In this document: in pieces, positions 57,646-64,000 of the stretch | Position numbering within the stretch: position 1 is the first letter of the stretch | Layout: each line of letters starts with the position of its first letter | Assembly: GCA_034521815.1 (NCBI GenBank) | Contig: JAXHLW010000012.1 | Location: 126,953 to 190,952 of the forward strand | Reading direction: 5' to 3' | DNA length: 64,000 bases | Source: Trueperaceae bacterium | GTDB taxonomy: Bacteria; Deinococcota; Deinococci; Deinococcales; Trueperaceae | Translations under genes and position numbers: made by a program | Notes under the pieces: generated by a model | Seen by the model: the letters and a program-made list of their open reading frames with translations, nothing else | Databases searched by the model: none | Told to the model about the DNA's origin: nothing

Positions 57646-59003
57646 GCGTTCGCTCCCCTCGGGACGTGCATCTCGGAGGCGGGCGGCAAGCGCCAGGCGG
57701 CGATCCCGCCGGCGACCGTGAGCGCGGCGAACACCAGCAGCGTGCCGCCCACGCCCAGCACCCCTGCCGAGACGCCGATCGCGGCGCCCAGCAGCGTCGC
57801 CGCGCCGATCGAGGTGTTCGCGATCGCGACGTAGGACGGACGCTGGTCCGCGGGGGGCGCGTCGACCAGGTAGGTCTTGCGGCCCAGCCGCACGCCGGCG
57901 TAGCCGACGCCGGCCAGCAGGTAGGTCGGCACGTAGGCCAGGGCGGTGCGGCTGTCCTCGGGCAGCAGCGTGACGCCGAACGCCCAGGCGACCGCGGTCA
58001 GCGCCACCGCGGCGCCGACCGCCATGGTGCGGTGGGCGGCGAGGTCGGCGTACCGTCCCCAGGCGGGGCTCGCCAGGCTGGCCGCCAGGGCGTTCGCGGC
58101 CACGAACACGCCCAGCCCGCCCAGGCTGGCGTCGACCTCCTGGCGCCCGAACAGGGTGAGGAACGGGGTGCTCAGCGGCACGGCCAGCAGCAGGGCACGC
58201 GCGCCGACGAACGCCCGGAAGCCGGGCTGCTCGCGCAGCAGCCTCACGCCGGCGCGCGCCTCTTGAAGCGCATTGCGGCCACCGCGGGTCGCGCCGGCGT
58301 GTTCGCGGATGCGGGCGAACGACGCGGCCGCCGCCGCGAAGCAGGCCGTGGCGCCGACCAGCAGCGCCACGTACGGCCAGCGCGCCTCCGCGTCCGCCAC
58401 CGTGAAGCGCAGCGTCAGGCCGGCCGCGACGCCCAGCACCCCGCCGATCGTGGAGCGCCACGCCAGCACGCGGCCGCGGCCGCCCTTGGGCACGGTCTTG
58501 GCCATCACGTCCTTGAACGCCACCGATCCCACGCCGCTGGCGGCCGAGAACACCGCCAACGCGACGACGATCGCCGCGCCCGCCACGGCGCCGGAGAGGA
58601 AGGCGACGGCCGCCGCCATCGCGGCCAGGGCGCCGGTCTGCACCGTCGCGGCGCCCACCCACCAGGGGGCCCGGCGAGGACGGGCGCGGAGCGCTCCGGC
58701 GACCGCCAGCTGCGGCAGCAGCGAGCCGGCGTCCTTGACCGGGACCAGCAGCCCGACCAGCGCCGCCGGCGCCCCGACCGTGGCCAGCACCCACGGCAGG
58801 ACGGTGCCGGGACTGGCCAGCTGCTCGCCCAGCTTGCTGGCCGCGCCGGACACGACGTTCCAGCCGGCGTTGCCGGGCACGACCCGGCAGGCGCTGTCCG
58901 GCATGTCGTCGCAGGCGCGCGGCTCCGCCTCGTCCAGCAGCGCGACGCGGAGACGCTCGGTCACGTCCTCCGGCAGGCCGAGACCGGGGTCGGGGCGACG
59001 CAT
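57642..59003 (-). CDS. MFS transporter
   Basis: About 12 TM segments; ACDDMPDSAC N-terminal motif; GVRLGRKTYLVD. Confidence 0.85.
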   Translation of the reverse strand: MRRPDPGLGLPEDVTERLRVALLDEAEPRACDDMPDSACRVVPGNAGWNVVSGAASKLGEQLASPGTVLPWVLATVGAPAALVGLLVPVKDAGSLLPQLAVAGALRARPRRAPWWVGAATVQTGALAAMAAAVAFLSGAVAGAAIVVALAVFSAASGVGSVAFKDVMAKTVPKGGRGRVLAWRSTIGGVLGVAAGLTLRFTVADAEARWPYVALLVGATACFAAAAASFARIREHAGATRGGRNALQEARAGVRLLREQPGFRAFVGARALLLAVPLSTPFLTLFGRQEVDASLGGLGVFVAANALAASLASPAWGRYADLAAHRTMAVGAAVALTAVAWAFGVTLLPEDSRTALAYVPTYLLAGVGYAGVRLGRKTYLVDAPPADQRPSYVAIANTSIGAATLLGAAIGVSAGVLGVGGTLLVFAALTVAGGIAAWRLPPASEMHVPRGANA

Positions 59004-59014
59004 CGCGGGACCTC

Positions 59015-59758
59015 TCACGCCGCGTCCGCCTCGGTGCGGGCCAACACCTGCGCCAGGTGCATCGTGCGCACCCCGGTGCGCTGCCTGGACAGCCCGCCGC
59101 CGATGTGCATCAGGCACGAGTCGTCGGAGGCCACGACGACCTCCACCTCGGCGCTCAGGACGTCGGCGACCTTGTCCGCCAGCATCGCGGCGCTGACCTC
59201 GGGGTTCTTCACCGCGAACGTTCCGCCGAAGCCGCAACAGGCGTCGGCGCGCGGCATCTCGCGCAGCCGGATGCCGCTCACCTTGCGCAGCAGCCGCTGC
59301 GGACGGTCGCCGACGTGCAGCATCCGCACCGAGTGGCAGGTGGGGTGGAACGCGACGGCGTGCGGGAAGTACGCCCCGACGTCGTCCACGCCGAGGTCGT
59401 CGATCAGGTACTCGGACAGCTCGCGCACGCGGGGGGCGACCTGGGCGACGGCGTCGATCAGCGCGGCGTCGCCGCTGCGCTGGGCCATGGTCGCGTACAT
59501 GTGGCGCACCGTCGCGACGCACGACGCGGACGGCGCCACGATCGCGTCGGCGTCGCCGAAGACGGTCACGAAGCGACGGACCAGCGGCACGACCTCGTCC
59601 TGGTAGCCGGTGTTGACGTGCATCTGCCCGCAGCAGGTCTGGCCGGCGGGGAAGCTCACCTCGACGCCCAGCCGCTCCAGCAGGCGGACCATCGCCATGC
59701 CGGTCTCGGGGAAGAGGGTGTCGACGTAGCAGGGGACGAAGAGCGCGGCGCGTGGCAT
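59015..59758 (-). CDS. lutA: Lactate utilization protein A (CCG-domain Fe-S protein)
   Basis: QTCCGQ, HPTCHS, CCGFGGTFAVKN, SCLMHIGG. Confidence 0.93.
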   Translation of the reverse strand: MPRAALFVPCYVDTLFPETGMAMVRLLERLGVEVSFPAGQTCCGQMHVNTGYQDEVVPLVRRFVTVFGDADAIVAPSASCVATVRHMYATMAQRSGDAALIDAVAQVAPRVRELSEYLIDDLGVDDVGAYFPHAVAFHPTCHSVRMLHVGDRPQRLLRKVSGIRLREMPRADACCGFGGTFAVKNPEVSAAMLADKVADVLSAEVEVVVASDDSCLMHIGGGLSRQRTGVRTMHLAQVLARTEADAA

Positions 59759-59851
59759 GTGGCCCGCACGATATCGCGGGAGCCGCCGCGCGGTACCGTC
59801 CGCTGCGGAGCGTGCCGGGCAGGCCAGGGCACGCTCGGGAACGGAGTGGCG

Positions 59852-60844
59852 ATGCCCGACGATACGAGCCCCGACGACGCGGCCTTGGACGGGGCGCTCC
59901 TGGACGACGTGGTCTTGGACGACGACGTGCGCGCCTACCTCGCCGAGGTGGAGGCGGCCGCCGAGCCCCCCGACTGGACGCTGCCGATCGAGACGGTGCG
60001 CGAGCGTGGCCGCGCCGTGTACGCCGCGCTGCCCAAGACCCCCGTCGGCGAGGTCGAGGAGATCGAGATCCCCGGTCCGGCCGGCCCGATCCCCGCCCGT
60101 GTCTACCGGCCCGCGGCCACCGGTCCGCACGGAACCGTGGTGATGCTGCACGGCGGCGGATTCGCGCTGGGCGACCTGGAGACGCACGACGAGGCCGCGC
60201 GGCGGACGTGTGCCTGGGCGGATGCGCTGGTCGTGTCGGTCGACTACCGCCTCGCGCCCGAGCATCCCTTCCCGGCGGCCGTCGACGACGCCGTGGCGGC
60301 GACCCGCTGGACGGCCGAACGGGCAGGCGATCTGGGCGGCGATCCGGATCGTCTGATCGTGACCGGCGACAGCGCCGGCGGCAACCTGGCGGCCGTCGTG
60401 GCGCTCCGCTTCCGCGATGCCGGAGGCCCGCCCCTGGCCGGCCAGGGCCTCGTGTACCCGGTGACCGACATGCGGACGAACGACCGCTGGCCGTCGAAGC
60501 GCACCGCCGCGAACGGCTTCGGCCTGACGCAGGAGGCGATGGACTGGTTCGGCCGGCTCTACCTGAGCGACCCAGCGCACGCGGCGCACCCCGACGCCTC
60601 GCCGATCGTCGCGAGCGACCTGTCGGGCCTGCCGCCCGCGTTCGTGCTCACCGCCGAGTTCGATCCCCTCCGCGACGAAGGCGACGCCTACGCGAGGCGC
60701 CTGGCGGAGGCCGGCGTCGAGGTTCAGCACCACACGCTGCCCGGCACGATCCACGGTGTCCTCACGAACCCGGTGCGGCTTCGGAGCGGGGACCAGGCGT
60801 GGCGACTCCTGATCGCTTGGATGCGCTCACGGCTGAGCGATTGA
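59852..60844 (+). CDS. Alpha/beta hydrolase (HSL family esterase)
   Basis: HGGGF, YRLAPEHPFP, GDSAGG, DPLRDEG, IHG. Confidence 0.93.
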   Translation: MPDDTSPDDAALDGALLDDVVLDDDVRAYLAEVEAAAEPPDWTLPIETVRERGRAVYAALPKTPVGEVEEIEIPGPAGPIPARVYRPAATGPHGTVVMLHGGGFALGDLETHDEAARRTCAWADALVVSVDYRLAPEHPFPAAVDDAVAATRWTAERAGDLGGDPDRLIVTGDSAGGNLAAVVALRFRDAGGPPLAGQGLVYPVTDMRTNDRWPSKRTAANGFGLTQEAMDWFGRLYLSDPAHAAHPDASPIVASDLSGLPPAFVLTAEFDPLRDEGDAYARRLAEAGVEVQHHTLPGTIHGVLTNPVRLRSGDQAWRLLIAWMRSRLSD

Positions 60845-60974
60845 GCGACCGGGCCGGCGAGCGTGTCCGTCGCCGGCCGCGGCTGGGACGCTCGCCCTTA
60901 TGCCCGGCCTTGCGCCCGCTCGGACGTCGCCGCCGCGCCGTACGTCGGATCGCGCGCCGAGTAGGTTGAGCGGC

Positions 60975-62063
60975 ATGCCCCCTTCCCGTCCCTTCGAGCT
61001 GGGCCTCTACGGGTTCGCCGAGAACACGCCGGAGCCGGCGACCGGCCAGCGACGATCGCCTCAGCGCCGCGTCGCGGACCTGCTCGAGGAGATCGAGCTG
61101 GCCGACCACGTCGGCCTGGACGTGTTCGCGATCGGCGAGCACCACCGCGAGGAGTACCTCGCCTCGGCCCCCGACGTGCTGCTGGCGGCCGCCGCCGCCC
61201 GCACCGAGAGAATCCGCCTGAGCAGCGCGGTGACGGTGCTCAGCTCCGACGATCCGGTGCGGGTGTTCCAACGGTTCGCGACCCTCGACCTGATCTCGGG
61301 CGGCCGCGCCGAGATCATGGCCGGCCGAGGCTCGTTCACCGAGTCGTTCCCGCTGTTCGGCTACGACCTGCGCGACTACGAGGAGCTGTTCGAGGAGAAG
61401 CTGGAGCTGCTGGCCCAGCTGCGACAGCAGGCGCGAATCGACTGGTCCGGCCGGCACCGCGCCGCCCTGCCCGGCCTGGACGTGCACCCCCGGCCGATCC
61501 AGGATCCGCTGCCGCTCTGGGTCGCGGTCGGCGGGACGCCCGCCTCGTCGCTACGGGCCGGCCGGCTGGGGCTGCCCCTCGCGCTGGCGATCCTGGGCGG
61601 AGAGCCGGCGCGGTTCGAACCCCTTGCGCGCATCTGGCGCAGAGCGGCCCGGAAGGCCGGTCACGACGCAGGTGCGCTACCGATGAGCCTGAACCTGCAC
61701 GGCTTCGTCGCGGACGACCTGGACACGGCGATCGAGCAGTGGACCCCGTCCGCCGCCGTGCTGATGGACCGGATCGGCAAGGAGCGCGGCTGGCCGCCGT
61801 ACGGCCGCCGCCAGGTCCAGCGCGACGCCCAGCCGGACGGCGCGCTGCTGATCGGCGATCCGGAGATGGTGGCCGAGAAGATCCTGGCCCATCACGCCGT
61901 GTTCGACCACGACCGCGTGCTGATCCAGCTCACGGTCGGAAGCATGCCGCACGAGCAGGTCCTGCACGCGATCGAGCTGTACGGAACGAAGGTCGCGCCG
62001 ATCGTGCGCGACGAGGTCGAACGGCGGCGGGCGGCGGCCAGCCCGACGCCACCCAGCCCGTGA
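60975..62063 (+). CDS. LLM-class flavin-dependent oxidoreductase
   Basis: GEHHR, SAVTVLSSDDPVRVFQ, GRGSFTESFPLFG; TAGGTT-N7-ATG. Confidence 0.92.
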   Translation: MPPSRPFELGLYGFAENTPEPATGQRRSPQRRVADLLEEIELADHVGLDVFAIGEHHREEYLASAPDVLLAAAAARTERIRLSSAVTVLSSDDPVRVFQRFATLDLISGGRAEIMAGRGSFTESFPLFGYDLRDYEELFEEKLELLAQLRQQARIDWSGRHRAALPGLDVHPRPIQDPLPLWVAVGGTPASSLRAGRLGLPLALAILGGEPARFEPLARIWRRAARKAGHDAGALPMSLNLHGFVADDLDTAIEQWTPSAAVLMDRIGKERGWPPYGRRQVQRDAQPDGALLIGDPEMVAEKILAHHAVFDHDRVLIQLTVGSMPHEQVLHAIELYGTKVAPIVRDEVERRRAAASPTPPSP

Positions 62064-62089
62064 CGCCACCCAGCCCGTAAGGAGTCCGC

Positions 62090-62989
62090 ATGCGGACCGT
62101 TCTTCTGCTCGCCATGATCACCGTGTCCGAAGCGACCATCGGCGTGTTCGTCAAGCTGGTGGACGGACGCATCCCGATCGCCACGCTGAACTTCTACGCG
62201 CTGGCGTTCGCCGCGGCGTTCCTGCTGGTCACCGTGCCGCGCGCGACGGGGCGGCCTCTGGACTTTCCGGCTGACAACCTGCGCGACACGGCGATCATCG
62301 GGGCGCTCATCGCGCTCCAGATCAGCGTCTTCAACTACGCCATGACGCTCGCCCCGATCGCGAACGTGGTGATCTTCTGGAGCGTCGCGCCGTTCTTCTC
62401 GTTCCTGTTCGCGTGGTGGTTCCTGAATGAGCGCCCGCGTCGCTCCTACGTCGTGATCTTCGTGCTGGCGCTGGTCGGCATCGTGATCGCGAAGCCGCTG
62501 GCGGGCGGGCACGTCGCCGGCAACCTGGTGGCGCTGGCCGACGCGGCGATCTACGCGGCGATGATCACCTACATGCGGTACGAAGGAAAGACCGAGACCG
62601 ACAACGACGTTCCGTGGCAGATGATCGTCGCAGCCCTGGTGCTGGCGCCGTCCCTGGTGTTGGCGGGACCGGGCGAGCCGCTGGCCGCCCTGTCATTCTC
62701 GCTGCTGGGCGTCGAGCTGCCGGTGCTGCTCTGGGCGGCAGGCCTCGGGATCGTCTCGACCGGCGCCGCCTACCTGGGCATCTCGATGGTGCTGCGGAGG
62801 ATCCGAGCGGACACCTACACGCTGGTGGACGTGATCGTCTCGCCCGTCATCGCGGCGACGTTCGGATGGCTCGTGTTCGGCGAGGTTCCAGGCGTCGGCA
62901 TGATCGTCGGCGGCGGGATCCTGCTGGCGTCGGGCGGCTGGCTGTCGCGCGAGATGGCGCGTCGTCGGGCCCAGGCGAGTGCCGGCTGA
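62090..62989 (+). CDS. DMT/EamA-family transporter
   Basis: About 10 TM segments in two EamA repeats (FLNERP; FGEVP); AAGGAG RBS. Confidence 0.88.
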   Translation: MRTVLLLAMITVSEATIGVFVKLVDGRIPIATLNFYALAFAAAFLLVTVPRATGRPLDFPADNLRDTAIIGALIALQISVFNYAMTLAPIANVVIFWSVAPFFSFLFAWWFLNERPRRSYVVIFVLALVGIVIAKPLAGGHVAGNLVALADAAIYAAMITYMRYEGKTETDNDVPWQMIVAALVLAPSLVLAGPGEPLAALSFSLLGVELPVLLWAAGLGIVSTGAAYLGISMVLRRIRADTYTLVDVIVSPVIAATFGWLVFGEVPGVGMIVGGGILLASGGWLSREMARRRAQASAG

Positions 62990-63018
62990 CCGAACCGACC
63001 GATGCTCGGGACGATCGG

Positions 63019-63829
63019 CTACTCGCCGTCCGACGGACGTAGCGAGCCGTCGCGAACATTCAACGTCCAGGCGACCGTCCCAGGCGAATCCGACGGGCGA
63101 TCGGTCACGAACGACAGCCGTCGCCCGTCGTCCAGCCACGCCAGCGCGCGGATGTTCGGCAGGAACGCGCGTGCCAGATCCGAGTCCGCCAGGTCCGGCC
63201 GAGACGCCGTGCCGCCCGCCTCTCGCCAGGCGTCCACCAGACGCGACGCGTCGACCGTAGCCACGCGACGTCCGTCAGGATGGCTACGCACCTCCAGCGC
63301 GTCGCCCGACGCGCGAGCCGTTCCGATCGCGAACGCCAGGTGCGCCCCGTCCGGCGACCAGGTCGGGTCCTCGATCACGCCGAACGTCACCGGGCCGTAG
63401 CGGACGAAGTCGCCGTCCATCCGGGCGCGCACCAGGAACGCGACGTCGGTCGCGATCGCGTACGACATCGCCGACAGCACGACCTCGCACCCGTCCGGCG
63501 TGGGAACCGCGACGCCGAAGCGGAAGAAGGTGTCGGATCCTAGCTGGGCCGCGTCGCCCAGGCGGACCGGGTTCTCGTCCAGGCGTACCGGATCGCCCAC
63601 CGCCCAGGCCTGCCACGCTTGCAGCGTGGTCACGAACAGCACCTCGTCCTCCGTGTTCTCGAACGTGACGGTCGTCCCGTCCGGGCCCAGCGTCGCGGCG
63701 TCGATGGCCGCGGGGCGCTCCGGGTACAGCGGGGAAGGGGGGCACGACCGGCTGGCCGGCGGCGAGGGAGAATCCCACGAAGGCGAACAGGGCGACGAAC
63801 GGAAGCAGCGATCTCGAGAGGAACACCAT
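63019..63829 (-). CDS. Secreted protein with a PD40/TolB-like repeat; frameshift near 63735
   Basis: Signal peptide MVFLSRSLLPFVALFAFVGFSLA (TACGCT-N6-ATG) is offset from the body (PTWSPDGAHLAF) at a G-run. Confidence 0.65.
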
Positions 63830-63886
63830 GAGGTCAGCGTAGCGCCAGCCGCGCTCGGAACGTCGGTGTGCATGCTTTTCGCCACG

Positions 63887-63915
63887 TTGACGCACACGCC
63901 GCTCCGAAGTAGACT
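63887..63915 (+). promoter_or_regulatory. tRNA promoter TTGACG-N17-TAGACT
   Basis: Near-consensus sigma-A elements just upstream of the tRNA. Confidence 0.75.
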
Positions 63916-63926
63916 TCAGAACGCTC

Positions 63927-64000
63927 GGGCGGTTAGCTCAGCGGAAGAGCACTCGCTTCACACGCGAGGGGTCACTGGTTCAAATCCAGTACCGCCCACC
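63927..64000 (+). tRNA. tRNA-Val (anticodon CAC); final A of CCA lies beyond the window
   Basis: Acceptor stem GGGCGGT/ACCGCCC, D-arm TAGCTCAGCGG, anticodon stem CTCGC-TTCACAC-GCGAG, T-loop GGTTCAAATCC. Confidence 0.97.

Noticed and set aside
63927-64000. tRNA-anchored prophage or integrative element
   Set aside because: No integrase and no duplicate of the tRNA 3' end seen in the window; the downstream sequence is not visible

Overview
A very GC-rich bacterial window. It is most consistent with Deinococcota (Truepera/Thermus-like), based on a Thermus-type NsrR and isocitrate dehydrogenase, a TPR-GGDEF protein and many leaderless TANNNT-N6-ATG promoters; this taxonomy is inferred. About 57 genes can be supported, ending in tRNA-Val(CAC). 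There is no intact IS, integrase, rRNA or CRISPR array. The main points of interest are: (1) a translationally coupled kaiB-kaiC-PAS/GGDEF operon without kaiA, next to a second diguanylate cyclase and a multi-PAS HD-GYP phosphodiesterase, which suggests a Kai timer/switch wired to c-di-GMP; (2) a three-gene cyclic-nucleotide module: HD phosphohydrolase, double class III cyclase-AAA-TPR protein, and 2x cNMP-binding patatin phospholipase; (3) a candidate small RNA beside that module; (4) an NsrR-Crp/Fnr-ferredoxin-YwiC cassette without any reductase genes; (5) an orphan antitoxin followed by a 9-codon stub of a VapC toxin; (6) Mn/Zn, persulfide and lactate operons, the first two with recognisable operators. 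At least eight genes carry single-base frameshifts, which may be assembly errors or real pseudogenes. Many start coordinates were refined by hand and differ from the ORF track.
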